Below, one piece after another: positions 37,111-48,999 of a DNA stretch of 64,000 nucleotides (position 1 is the first letter of the stretch; the number at the start of each line of letters is the position of its first letter). A program made the translations under genes and the position numbers. The DNA is from Patescibacteria group bacterium (GTDB lineage: Bacteria; Patescibacteriota; Patescibacteriia; PEXW01). Under the pieces are notes generated by a model, which saw only the letters and a program-made list of their open reading frames with translations, searched no databases and was not told where the DNA came from. Location: assembly GCA_041665345.1 (NCBI GenBank), contig JBAYJA010000004.1:48122-112121 (forward strand), written 5' to 3'.

Positions 37111-37845
37111 ATGAAGCGAAGTTTTCACATTGGTATTGCCTGCGCCTGTGGTGCTGGCATTGGCACGTTGATTGCTCTCTCAATTGGCGGGCTCTGGTGG
37201 TGGGTTGGCGCACTGATTGGTGCGCTGTGCGGGTACATTATCATTGATTTCCGGGGGATACCGAAGAAAATCAAAACTGCATGGCTGAGTACGTTTACCT
37301 GGTGGGGAGACAAAGCTAACATTCGAGTGTTTGCTCATTTCAGCGCCTGTCTTTCTATCATGTTGCTTTGGCTCGGTATTCTGGCTCTATCATTTACTAT
37401 CGCAGCATCGAACCCAGGTACATTTCTCTCCGGACTTATGGGAGTTGGTTTTATAGTTTCTATAGGAATGGTGCTAATAACCTTAGCAATAATGGATGGA
37501 TCCGCTCCGAATGTAAAGAATGGAACCGACTCGTGGTACGAAGCAGCGCTTGCTATAAACCCTCTCGCGGTATTCTTGTATTGGATACCTAAAGGTGCCT
37601 TCATATTCTTTGCCCAGCTCCTACCCAGTTTTGCCAAAAAATTCAGCGCATTCCTCAAGGTAGCCTTCCGCCTTATCCACTCCGACGTCCGCGTGCTCTG
37701 CGCCGTGGATGCAGCCCTTGGCACCTGCCTCGGCTACTTCCTTGGCCATGTGTTCTACGGTGTTGGCTTTGGATTCGTATTTGGCCTCTTGTCTTACGAG
37801 ATTGTTTCCAAACGCATCCAAAAGCGCATTCCTGTTCGTTCGTAA
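37111..37845 (+). CDS. Multi-pass membrane protein
   Basis: GGAGG ribosome-binding site. MKRSFHIGIACACGAGIGTLIALSIGGLWWWVGALIGALCGYIII. Shares the FLYWIPKGAF-like motif with the upstream paralog. Confidence 0.5.
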   Translation: MKRSFHIGIACACGAGIGTLIALSIGGLWWWVGALIGALCGYIIIDFRGIPKKIKTAWLSTFTWWGDKANIRVFAHFSACLSIMLLWLGILALSFTIAASNPGTFLSGLMGVGFIVSIGMVLITLAIMDGSAPNVKNGTDSWYEAALAINPLAVFLYWIPKGAFIFFAQLLPSFAKKFSAFLKVAFRLIHSDVRVLCAVDAALGTCLGYFLGHVFYGVGFGFVFGLLSYEIVSKRIQKRIPVRS

Positions 37846-37864
37846 AATAGTTCTCCATCTAAAA

Positions 37865-37895
37865 AAGCTCGTCTACCAAAGACGGGCTTTTTTTA
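37865..37895 (+). terminator. Rho-independent terminator
   Basis: aagctcgtc-taccaaa-gacgggctt followed by ttttttt. Confidence 0.5.
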
Positions 37896-38025
37896 TGCAA
37901 AAAATTTAAGCAATTTTGCCATTGCGCTGATTGTACTTGACACTTCTCGTTTCCTGTGAGAATATGGCTCGAAAACTAAAAATCAACCATAAACATACAC
38001 AAACGTACTTTAAGAAAGGAACACA

Positions 38026-38598
38026 ATGAAGTGTGAAGAATTTTTTCGCCATCTGAGTACCCTGCTGGTCTATGACCTGATTCGCCAGGTGAAGGCTTTC
38101 CGCGATGACTTTGAAACGTGGTATTGCAAGACCGGGCACCAAAAAAGTCGCTTGCCATTGCTAGGCCACTACGATGTTGATCCAGAATCCTTCTATCTTC
38201 TGAAGGCGGTAAGGAAATACCTGAAAACGCAGATTTGGCCAACAGTTGAACGGGGAGGTGAGCCAGGCATGTTCGAATGTGAAACAATTGACTGTCTCCT
38301 TCGTACAAGCGCGGAAGACGTTTTCGACTTCAAGTCAGACACTTGGGTGGAGGAATCACCGTTTCCATTCTCAAGTTACTTACGGAACACATTCCGGCAG
38401 CGGGCAGTTGCGCAGATGGTCAAAGAAATCAAACGAGCCATACGAGACGAAAAAATCACAGACCCATTGAAACTGCATGACCTCGTTGCCGAGCACATTC
38501 TCAACCATATTGGAAGGATTGCCGTGAAATACACTCGGTCTCGAGGATCATTAACTGACTTTGTTTTATCAAAAGCCGCAGCCAAGTACGGCAAATAG
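38026..38598 (+). CDS. Hypothetical protein
   Basis: AAAGGAA ribosome-binding site. 190 aa with no confident family. Followed by a perfect terminator. Confidence 0.45.
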   Translation: MKCEEFFRHLSTLLVYDLIRQVKAFRDDFETWYCKTGHQKSRLPLLGHYDVDPESFYLLKAVRKYLKTQIWPTVERGGEPGMFECETIDCLLRTSAEDVFDFKSDTWVEESPFPFSSYLRNTFRQRAVAQMVKEIKRAIRDEKITDPLKLHDLVAEHILNHIGRIAVKYTRSRGSLTDFVLSKAAAKYGK

Positions 38599-38605
38599 CC
38601 GCCGC

Positions 38606-38637
38606 AAGCCTGTCTTACCAAGCGACAGGCTTTTTTA
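38606..38637 (+). terminator. Rho-independent terminator
   Basis: aagcctgtc-ttaccaagc-gacaggctt followed by tttttt. Confidence 0.5.
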
Positions 38638-38657
38638 TGGCCTCACATCTCAGTCAC

Positions 38658-39569
38658 CTACTGCAAAAACGCCCGCAGCGCTTCGTTCTGCAACGTATCA
38701 TTGTACCCCCGGGTAAAAACTGTATTTGCATTTGCATTGTCGATATCCCATGGGGCCATATTGAGGTTGGTCTTTGGGATCAAATACGTAAGCGCCACAT
38801 TTGGTGGGGGCACAAAATGCGCTATCTGTTGGATGTAGGCCAGCTGATTTTTACGGAACGTTTTGTTCCGTACCTTGGCTAAAAATTTGCTAAAGAGTAA
38901 ATTGCCCCTATTATCCTCAGCATGCCAACTATCAAAGATAAGAATTTTGGTTGCACCTTCCTGTATAGCTTTCGCAACATGCGGTTGGTAACTGGCTGAT
39001 GCAGTTGAGTCTGAGTAGTCTTTCCCGTTGATGGTTACCCCTTGGATATGAAAAAGGTTAGTGAAGAAGGGTACTGACTTTGCCGCCCGGAGCACTTCCC
39101 AGGTGTCAACAGCATCGGTGTTGGAAAAGTATTCCAGTTGGCCCGTTTTGGAATTGGTCAAAGGGAATAGTATCTTTATTGGCGAGGTGGCAACCTTCGC
39201 CATATCCAAAGGGTTATCTTTTTTTAAAACTGTATCAATTAAGTAATCAATGTCCACAACTTTCCAAAATCGCAAAAAATTTACAAATTTCTTGGTGGAG
39301 AGTGCTTTGCACCAGACATTTTTTATTGTCTCGTGTTGCCCAGTGACGTAGCACAAACTTGTTGCCGCGCTACCCGAGCATGCAATGATGATGTCTGGCT
39401 GTATTGGGTGTAATTGACACACCGCGTACAGAGAACCTGCGGTGTAGACAGTCCGAGCGGCTCCCCCGGCCAGAATCCAGGCAATTTTTTCTTTGGGTTG
39501 TTCTGACTCGTTCATGGTTGCGAAAAATGTATTATCTACCTTTAGCGAAGGAGGAAATGCAGTCCACAT
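38658..39569 (-). CDS. Patatin-like phospholipase, paralog 2
   Basis: IAWILAGGAARTVYTAGSLYAV and IIACSGSAAT align with paralog 1 (24316..25125), including the shared block NFLRFWKVVDIDYLID versus NLWRFWKMVDVDYAVE. GGTGAGGG ribosome-binding site before ATG 39569. Confidence 0.6.
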   Translation of the reverse strand: MWTAFPPSLKVDNTFFATMNESEQPKEKIAWILAGGAARTVYTAGSLYAVCQLHPIQPDIIIACSGSAATSLCYVTGQHETIKNVWCKALSTKKFVNFLRFWKVVDIDYLIDTVLKKDNPLDMAKVATSPIKILFPLTNSKTGQLEYFSNTDAVDTWEVLRAAKSVPFFTNLFHIQGVTINGKDYSDSTASASYQPHVAKAIQEGATKILIFDSWHAEDNRGNLLFSKFLAKVRNKTFRKNQLAYIQQIAHFVPPPNVALTYLIPKTNLNMAPWDIDNANANTVFTRGYNDTLQNEALRAFLQ

Positions 39570-39768
39570 ACCCTCACCTCGCCAAGCCGAGGCATGCCTG
39601 CCCGCCGTACTCCGAGTGAAACTCGGAGGCAGGTGGGAAAGCCTCGGCTACCCTCCTTGGTTCAAAAAACTTACTCTGATGCATCTACACCGCAGCTTAG
39701 AGAAGCTGCTGCTGGGTTTTTTGGTCTTGGCTTACGGCCTACGGCTTACCGGCTTATGGCTTCCCCCC

Positions 39769-41220
39769 TCAGTTCTTCGGTCTCTCATCCACTACCCGCT
39801 TCTCCTTCAATTCGCTCTCCATGCCAATCATGCGGAGCACATCAGCGAGATCGCTCTTGCGGATACGGACGGAGACCCCGGTTTCGTTCAGCACGCTACG
39901 GTGAATGGTGTGTTCTAAGGCGCTGAAGTCCGCATGTGGCTTGGGCGCAACGTGGAGCACGAGCTCATCCACTTCAAAAGGATCGTCGTTCACTTTGCGG
40001 ATTTGGAGCTGCCACTCGTCTACGTCCGGCATGCCGGAGAGCAACGGGTAGAAAGCATTCAGATCCACCAACTCGCCCTTCACCTTGGTGAGGTTGAATT
40101 CTTTAATGTCGGAATTGCGGCGAATGTCTTTGCGGATCCTGGGCACGGTGCGGCCGCAGTGGGGACAGGGGCCGCGGTCAATCCCCTGCACCAAGTCACC
40201 TGTGCGGTAGCGCACCATCACTGTCCCACGCCAACCCAAGCTGGTAATTGCAAGTTCACCGGGTTGGCCATCCGGCACGCGATTGCCCTGCGCATCCACC
40301 ACCTCAAAGAATTCTTGGTCTGGGTAGGTGTGGTAGCCAGTTTCTTCACTGCACTGCACCCAAGCGGCCTTCCCTTCGGTGAGTGCGTACGTCGCAAAAA
40401 TCTTGGCCTCACCCGCGCCAACCTCCCGAAGCAGATCCTTCACTTTCGCCCGAAGTGCATCGCTTACTCGCTCACCGCCAAAGACAATGTACTGCAGGTT
40501 GGACCAATTTTTCTTCTGCGCCACGGCCTCCCGGAGAATGTGGTAGAAGTACCCAGGAATAGCAGTAACGACCTTGGCTTTCAGACGTTCAATGGCGTCA
40601 ATAATTTTCTGCGTACCCATCACTTTACCCCCACCGCTCTGGAGCGTCGTGAGCTGCAGGGACGAAGTGGCGTAGAAGGTTAGCCAAAAGGCCAGGTGTG
40701 GCGCGTATGGAAACGCATTCACCACCACCGCATCACCAGGAATGCCCATGGTGTTGAACAGCCGGTACGCGGATTCTTTCAGCGTGAGTAAATCTTTGGT
40801 GGTGTAGCCAACAACCGTGGGCAAAGCAGTGCGACCAGTGGTGAAGTGTAGGTGGGTGGGTTTGTACTCCCATTCCAACTTCTTCTTCACATCCTTTCCC
40901 AAAATTTTCTTCGCTACAATCCCCAAGAGTTTCCCTTTACTGGCGTACTGCTTCAGCAGGTGCTCATCTGGCTGCAGCATGAAGCCGCGGGGCCGGGCTG
41001 GGTCTTCCGCGGTTGGAGCAAGGTCAGCCTTGCTGGTGAAAGGCACTTTTTGTAAATCATCCGTGGATTGGATGTCAGCGAACCGAACATTGTGGTCGGC
41101 AAAGTGTTTGCGGAAAAACGGACTGTAGGGCAGTTCGTGACGGAAAAATGTGCGGAGCGCTCGGTTCTGGAGCGCGGCTATTTCTTCAGGGGCAAGGTGG
41201 TCCAGGGTGTGCCAATCCAT
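39769..41220 (-). CDS. Adenylate-forming enzyme, phenylacetate-CoA ligase (PaaK)/coenzyme F390 synthetase-like
   Basis: 483 aa. N-terminal ...NRALRTFFRHELPYSPFFRKHFADHNV..., then TSGTTGKP-like and ...YALTEG blocks of the PaaK/ANL superfamily. Confidence 0.6.
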   Translation of the reverse strand: MDWHTLDHLAPEEIAALQNRALRTFFRHELPYSPFFRKHFADHNVRFADIQSTDDLQKVPFTSKADLAPTAEDPARPRGFMLQPDEHLLKQYASKGKLLGIVAKKILGKDVKKKLEWEYKPTHLHFTTGRTALPTVVGYTTKDLLTLKESAYRLFNTMGIPGDAVVVNAFPYAPHLAFWLTFYATSSLQLTTLQSGGGKVMGTQKIIDAIERLKAKVVTAIPGYFYHILREAVAQKKNWSNLQYIVFGGERVSDALRAKVKDLLREVGAGEAKIFATYALTEGKAAWVQCSEETGYHTYPDQEFFEVVDAQGNRVPDGQPGELAITSLGWRGTVMVRYRTGDLVQGIDRGPCPHCGRTVPRIRKDIRRNSDIKEFNLTKVKGELVDLNAFYPLLSGMPDVDEWQLQIRKVNDDPFEVDELVLHVAPKPHADFSALEHTIHRSVLNETGVSVRIRKSDLADVLRMIGMESELKEKRVVDERPKN

Positions 41221-41256
41221 AAGCGTATGGGTTAAAGAGCGCCCAGCATTGCTGCT

Positions 41257-41904
41257 TTAAGCGGGCGACGGGAACGGGGAAGGCCGGTTGGAAAGCTGGC
41301 CAATTGGATCCATGATGGCACGCGTGGTCTGAATGAGCAACTCCTTGGTGATCTGCTCGTCCGGGGTTTTGGGGAAACGCAACGGGGCGCCAATACGGAG
41401 CGTCATATCTTTCCGGGGGGTAAGGAAGGCACGGAGTCCTTGATTAAATGACCACGTTGCCGGACCTTGAAAGCCAAAAGGAACCACGGGTGCCCCAGAC
41501 CACAAGGCTAATCTGGCAACTCCAGTTTTTCCGGGTAAAACGAAAGGGGCAGAGTTCCGCATGCCTTCGGGGAATATACCCACAGGGTTTCCGGCGGCTA
41601 ATTCACGTCGCAGCTCCACTAAGCAGGCATCGGGCGCTGCTTCATTTTTTTCTACCAAATGCACCCAGCGTCGCGCAAATTTCTTCCCCAGCATGTGGGT
41701 AATGATATCCATGGCCACGAAGGTAATGGGCCGCCGGACGTGGCTGTACACTTCAGCAAAAATGAACGCTGGATCGGCTGATCCAACGTGATTGCCAGCA
41801 AGAATAAAAGGTCCAGAGCGTGGGAGATGCTCTGTTCCCAGAACTTCCCGAAACCGCCAACGCGCAATGGGGATGAGCCAGTGCAGGCCAAGGTAGGATT
41901 TCAT
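41257..41904 (-). CDS. Lysophospholipid acyltransferase (PlsC/LPLAT family)
   Basis: AGNHVGSADP (HX4D-type motif) and FPEGMRN block. The start ATG overlaps the upstream stop as ATGA. Confidence 0.6.
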   Translation of the reverse strand: MKSYLGLHWLIPIARWRFREVLGTEHLPRSGPFILAGNHVGSADPAFIFAEVYSHVRRPITFVAMDIITHMLGKKFARRWVHLVEKNEAAPDACLVELRRELAAGNPVGIFPEGMRNSAPFVLPGKTGVARLALWSGAPVVPFGFQGPATWSFNQGLRAFLTPRKDMTLRIGAPLRFPKTPDEQITKELLIQTTRAIMDPIGQLSNRPSPFPSPA

Positions 41905-42527
41905 CCAACGTATGTTTTGCTAGCGAGGGTTGCCACAGGAGTCATGATAGCACGCATGACAGTGTCCAGGAGCGGCCGGTCTATTGTTCGGTTGTGAAAC
42001 TCTTGTAGATTGATTGCAGAACCAATGGCAATGCGAACCTTGCCAAAAAACATATCTTGGAAGTGCTCACGTTCGGTCTGTGCTGGGGGCGTTGTTCGCT
42101 GCAAACCAACGGGGAAGACAGGCACCTTCGTTTGGAGCGCCAAACGTGCAGCACCAGTTTTCACTTTGGCAATGGTCGGTAATGGATTCACCTTTGCCTC
42201 CGGGTAGATAAGGACAAGTTCACCAGCCTCCAGGTACTGCTGCGCCAGGTGGAGTGTTTGCTGCGGGTCAGCGGCTAATGGAATCGTTTCCAGCCAGGGA
42301 TGCAGGGGCCAGGTTTCAAAAATTTTCCACTTGGTAATGGCATGCACTTTCCGGCCACCGGTAGCCAGGATGACCGCGGTCATGAGCAAGATGGGATCTT
42401 GCAGACCCACGTGGTTGGCCACGAACAAGGCCGGACCGGATTTGGGAATTGTACCCAAACCCTCCGCCGACGCTATACGCCGGCGGAGGAGTGGTCCAAA
42501 GATGTGTCTGGAAAATGCGTAGGCCAT
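41901..42527 (-). CDS. Lysophospholipid acyltransferase (PlsC/LPLAT family), second copy
   Basis: VANHVGLQDP (HX4D) and YPEAKVN block. Confidence 0.6.
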   Translation of the reverse strand: MAYAFSRHIFGPLLRRRIASAEGLGTIPKSGPALFVANHVGLQDPILLMTAVILATGGRKVHAITKWKIFETWPLHPWLETIPLAADPQQTLHLAQQYLEAGELVLIYPEAKVNPLPTIAKVKTGAARLALQTKVPVFPVGLQRTTPPAQTEREHFQDMFFGKVRIAIGSAINLQEFHNRTIDRPLLDTVMRAIMTPVATLASKTYVG

Positions 42528-42546
42528 GGTTGGCCTGTGACCAGGA

Positions 42547-44553
<2,007 letters not shown>

Positions 44554-44592
44554 ACAATTAGATTACGAAAGGAAATGGAAAAATGGAGAAAA

Positions 44593-45972
44593 CTACTCTG
44601 CCTTGGCTTCAGCCGCAGGCGCTGGTTCTTCTGGTTTGGCCTCAGCTGGTGCTTCCACTTCTGGAGCAGCAGGTTCGGCCGGCGTTTCTGCGGTTGCCTC
44701 AGGGGCTGCGTCAGTCGGCGCTGCCACGGCGTCAGCAGCTGGGCGAGGTTCACCACCTTCTCCTACAATATCAATGCGCCACCCAGAGAGTTTGGCAGCT
44801 AACCGGACGTTTTGTCCAGCCTTGCCAATAGCCAGAGAAAGTTGATCCTCTTTGACCTCCACCTTGGCAGTGTGGCTGGCTTCGTCCAGGGAAATGGAAA
44901 TGACCTTGGCGGGTGAGAGCGCGTTGCCGATGAATGCCACGGGATCGTCGGACCATTCAATAATATCCACCTTCTCACCGCCGAGTTCGTTAATGACGGT
45001 TTGCACACGGCTGCCCCGCTGACCCACGCACGAACCAATGGGATCAATGTTCGGCTGGGTGCTGGCCACCGCAATTTTGGTGCGGTGCCCGGCTTCACGC
45101 GCCACGGCTTTAATGTCCACGGTGCCATTCTGAATTTCCGGCACTTCCACGGAGAAGAGCTTCTTCACCATTTCCGGGTGCGCGCGGGACACCACAATTT
45201 CTGGACCCTTCGTCGTCGCGTTCACGGACACAATGTACACCTTCAACCGGCTACCAGCGCGGTACTGTTCGGTTGGCAACTGCTCACTAGGGGGCATAAT
45301 GCCCATGGTGTGCCCAATGTCGAAAATCACCAAGCGACCTTCCTGGCGCTGGACGGTGGCGTTAATCAATTCACCTTCACGATCTTTGAATTCTTTGAAC
45401 ACCATGTCGCGCTCTGCTTCGCGCAGCTGCTGGATGATCACTTGCTTGGCAGTTTGCGCAGCCATGCGGCCGTAGGAGGCAGGTGGGAAAAGTTCGGTGC
45501 GAATCACATCACCCACCACCGAACCGGGCTTCAACTTTTCGGCATCCGAGACGGTGATCTCCGTCTTTGGGTCAAAACGTTCAAAGGCGGATTCTGCTGC
45601 TTCTTCCGTTGCTACCTCGGGTGCAGCTACAGGTGCTTCCACAGGCGCATCTTCTGGCCGGACGACAATTTCCCCAGCCGCAACTTTCGCTTGGCGTTCG
45701 GCTTCCTCTGCTTCCAACCGAGCTTTGCGCTCGGCGTCGTAGGCTTCGGTTTGGGCTTTCTTGGCATCTTCCACCACCGTTTTCACGTCAAAGACCCGGC
45801 TGGATCCGTCTTCAAGACTAAAATCCACCTTCACGTTTTGGTCTTTCTCACCAAAATCTTTGCGGTAGGCAACTGCTAGCGCAGCTTCCACCGTGTGCAC
45901 AATCGCCTCCATGGGAATGTGCTTCTCATCGGCGATCTGCTGCATTGCGGCTACAATTGGGCTTTCGGCCAT
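44593..45972 (-). CDS. nusA: Transcription termination/antitermination factor NusA with acidic Ala/Pro/Glu-rich C-terminal tail
   Basis: N-terminal domain, S1 and KH regions (GQNVRLAAKLSGWRIDI). Roughly 55-aa low-complexity acidic tail. Confidence 0.8.
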   Translation of the reverse strand: MAESPIVAAMQQIADEKHIPMEAIVHTVEAALAVAYRKDFGEKDQNVKVDFSLEDGSSRVFDVKTVVEDAKKAQTEAYDAERKARLEAEEAERQAKVAAGEIVVRPEDAPVEAPVAAPEVATEEAAESAFERFDPKTEITVSDAEKLKPGSVVGDVIRTELFPPASYGRMAAQTAKQVIIQQLREAERDMVFKEFKDREGELINATVQRQEGRLVIFDIGHTMGIMPPSEQLPTEQYRAGSRLKVYIVSVNATTKGPEIVVSRAHPEMVKKLFSVEVPEIQNGTVDIKAVAREAGHRTKIAVASTQPNIDPIGSCVGQRGSRVQTVINELGGEKVDIIEWSDDPVAFIGNALSPAKVISISLDEASHTAKVEVKEDQLSLAIGKAGQNVRLAAKLSGWRIDIVGEGGEPRPAADAVAAPTDAAPEATAETPAEPAAPEVEAPAEAKPEEPAPAAEAKAE

Positions 45973-46077
45973 GGGCGTACGTATGTAAAAAAAGAAACAG
46001 TCTCCATATGGACTGCTTGGCTAGAGTATACAGGGAACCTGGGGAATGTCAAGGTCAGTAAATAAGGAGGGAGTGTT

Positions 46078-47038
46078 TTATGTACGGACATTTGGCGGGT
46101 TGGAACGAAGATACTTCCCTAGAAATTCATTTGGCGTTACGCCCTGTAGTCCGCAGTGCTCCAGGTTGTTGTACGTAGTATTCCACTGCACTAGCTTCCT
46201 GTGCAACTCCGCAGCGGAGGCAAAGGTGTTGCGATCATAGAAAGTCTCCTGGTCGGAGCGGTGGGATCGTTCCACAGTACCGTTCTGCGCTGGCTTCCCT
46301 GGATCAATGAGGTAGTGGGCGATGTCGTGCACCGCACAGTACTGGTCGAGGCCATGGACGGTCTGCACGGTCAGGTCGCTCCGTCGGTTCGTTCCCACAT
46401 ACCGGTTGGTGAAGATGCTCCCGTTATCGGTCTTCACGGCCTGGATGCGGGTGCGGGAAGTGCCGCCGCACCTCCTGCAAGAATCGTATGGCGTGCCAGG
46501 TGCTCTCGTGCTCGTAGATGGCGAGGTACCGCCAGCGTGAGGCACAGTCGATAGCGGTGTACTGGTAGTATTTCAGCCCTGCCACTGCGCCAGGAACGTG
46601 CTTCACGTCTATTTCGACCAGTTCTCCTGGCTGCCGCTCGGCTTTGAGGTATTTGTACTTTATGCGCTTCGTTCGGTACCGCCGAACTAACCCCTCAACT
46701 TTGAGGATCTTGCCAACAGTCCGTTCATGCAGACAGACACCCTCTTTCGCTAACCGCCACGCCAGTTTCAGGGCGCAGAGTTTCGTGGCCTTGCGGAGGG
46801 CGATGACCTGTTCTTTGGTGTGCATGGGTGTCTCCTGGGGGTGGGTTTTCGGCCTGGTGGACTTTGGCACCAGTCCGGTGGCACCGTGCTGGCGATAGAG
46901 GGTCACCCATCGCTCGAGAGTGCGTTGACCGTACGGGAAGACCTTGGCCACATCACAGAGCCGCACCTGCTTCTCGATGATTGGCAGAACCCAACGCAAC
47001 CGTTCTTCTTGGATTGTAGTGACCATATGGGTAGACAT
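46078..47038 (-). pseudogene. IS481-family DDE transposase, split by a -1 frameshift into two overlapping ORFs (46424..47038 and 46078..46545)
   Basis: The N-terminal ORF has an HTH plus the start of the rve domain (...YQYTAIDCASRWRYLAIYEHESTW...FLQEVRRHFP). The C-terminal ORF continues ...RIQAVKTDNGSIFTNRYVG...HYLIDPGKPAQNGTVERSHRS. The two overlap by about 120 nt in different frames. Confidence 0.55.
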
Positions 47039-47075
47039 TTCCCCAGTGTATGGGAAACCGCCATATGTCTGTACA
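46081..47075 (-). mobile_element. IS481-family insertion sequence (about 995 bp) with imperfect 21-bp terminal inverted repeats
   Basis: Left inverted repeat tgtacggacatttggcgggtt (46081-46101). Right inverted repeat aaaccgccatatgtctgtaca (47055-47075). 18 of 21 positions match in inverted orientation. The transposase stop abuts the left repeat. Confidence 0.55.
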
Positions 47076-47153
47076 CATTACCGGAGGGCATTGACAAAAT
47101 GCATATAATAACTTATACTATAAGTAGTAAGTTAATAATTAATCCAAAATTTT

Positions 47154-47645
47154 ATGGGCATAGAATCAGGAAGACCCTCGGGAGTAGAAATGGGTCTAAC
47201 TCCAAAAGTAGACTCCATTGACGATGACTTAGATCTTGTTTCCGAAAAAAAAGAAGTGAAGGATGTCGTCCCGGGTGATTGGATGCAAGTGGATAGCATG
47301 GTAGTTACTAATGACATTTCGCTTGGGAAAAAAGATTCGATTGTTGAGCGGAGTAATGACACGAATGATTCTGGAAAGTACGAAAGCAATAATGGCGTAC
47401 TTACCTATGTTACCCCTAAGGGGGAAAAATTTGTTGGCCCACGAACAGATGCACAGCTTCAGGCATTAGAGGATGCAGGGTATGAGCGACAAGGCATGTT
47501 TGTCCCCCTGTCCCATGGTGAGATGCCAATGGATCCGGAGCAACGTAAATTGTGGAAAGACATGTTAGCACGAGGCAGTGGACAAGTTGAAAAAGAGAAT
47601 CAAGAGGCTCGAGAAAAAGAATATCGGAAATCAGCAGAGAAATAA
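47154..47645 (+). CDS. Hypothetical protein (AT-rich island)
   Basis: 163-aa ORF in a low-GC segment next to the IS. Acidic/Lys-rich; no family recognised. Confidence 0.3.
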   Translation: MGIESGRPSGVEMGLTPKVDSIDDDLDLVSEKKEVKDVVPGDWMQVDSMVVTNDISLGKKDSIVERSNDTNDSGKYESNNGVLTYVTPKGEKFVGPRTDAQLQALEDAGYERQGMFVPLSHGEMPMDPEQRKLWKDMLARGSGQVEKENQEAREKEYRKSAEK

Positions 47646-47917
47646 TATCTATACAATCCAATAAACCCCTTCACATATCTTCTATGTGAAGGGGTTGTTG
47701 TATAGATTTATAAAAACTCTCCCCGCCCACTTGGATTTCATTAGAAAATATAGCGATTACTCCTGGTCGCCACCAATACCCCCATGCTGGCATAGTATCG
47801 AAAATGGACAATACTAGAGACGTTCTTATTCTTTAATTCGCAAAATAACGAGTTAGCTAGAATGACTAAAAATCTTAATCCAAATTTAAGTATGGCAACC
47901 CAAATGCTGAAAAAATA

Positions 47918-48298
47918 TTGTTGTTCGTGATTGTGTTAGTAATAGTTCTTGCTGCTACGTTACTTACCTTCTATCAAATGGAATCAAAAGGGAATTCCAA
48001 TGTAGTTGTAGGTAGCGCCAATACATCATTAGTTAATAATAGTAATTCATTTCCGATCTCAAACATCCAAAAGAATATTAACGCATCTCTTAATAATCTT
48101 GATATAAGTCTGAATATTTTTGTATTGAAGACTTGTTTAGATTCAGCTCAAAGTGATTTTGATGATCGTTACAGAAATACCTGTAAACAGGAAGGAATGA
48201 ACTATGTTTGTGATTTTTATGCACCTGTTTTTGATAAAAAATTTCAAGATGGAAAAACTAAATGTTTTGATGACTTTGGAACGTCAGTGTCTAAATAG
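47918..48298 (+). CDS. Hypothetical membrane-anchored protein (AT-rich island)
   Basis: TTG start with N-terminal hydrophobic helix LFVIVLVIVLAATLL. Asn/Ser-rich. Confidence 0.25.
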   Translation: MLFVIVLVIVLAATLLTFYQMESKGNSNVVVGSANTSLVNNSNSFPISNIQKNINASLNNLDISLNIFVLKTCLDSAQSDFDDRYRNTCKQEGMNYVCDFYAPVFDKKFQDGKTKCFDDFGTSVSK

Positions 48299-48447
48299 TT
48301 GTTGCATAACATCCTTTTTGTGACTCTCGTGTGCAGGGGGATGCCTCGTGATGTCGCGAGTTTGGTTTTTACTTGAAAAATCCTTTGTCCGTTGATAGTA
48401 TTATCTTATCTCGTCAGTCAATTCATCTATATCAATCATCCACAAGT

Positions 48448-48822
48448 ATGCGAGAAAATACCTCAAACCACGTTGAGCAAGCATATACTGAAGCAACTAC
48501 CCAACGTATTGAGCCAACGAAATTCCTCACAAAACATGAGGAAGCAATTACCACAGCTGATGCTGAAAGAGCAGACGGTAGTGAATGTGGCTTTACGGTT
48601 GTGATGCGGATATTAGCCTCCGAAACCCAGTCTTTTCCCAGGGAGCGGATGATGAAAGAGATTGAAGAAGAAATTCGGGAAAATCAAAAGTTGAACGACA
48701 CCGTAGATGAAGCTGAAGTGGAAAAGCATCTTCAACGTTACAATGTTGTCGTAGAGAATCTACTACAATCAGGAGTTCTGGTTGAAGAAGAAGGAATATT
48801 AAAACTTGAAAGAACTGTGTAG
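48448..48822 (+). CDS. Hypothetical protein (AT-rich island)
   Basis: ATG at 48448 (MRENTSNHVEQ...). The track start is TTG. Glu-rich C-terminus. Confidence 0.25.
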   Translation: MRENTSNHVEQAYTEATTQRIEPTKFLTKHEEAITTADAERADGSECGFTVVMRILASETQSFPRERMMKEIEEEIRENQKLNDTVDEAEVEKHLQRYNVVVENLLQSGVLVEEEGILKLERTV

Positions 48823-48999
48823 GATTTTGCAGAAGCCTTATTATTGTTAGACTCTTTACTAGGTCGTAAAGTAGTAACCCTGTAAGAATCAAAAATTTTT
48901 GTAAACCTCTTACTCTTGCGTGAGGGTACTTTAGCGTAAGTTTTTTTTCATTCTCTCCATCTTGACCAGATGGGTAGACTCGCCTACCCTCTATAGCAT

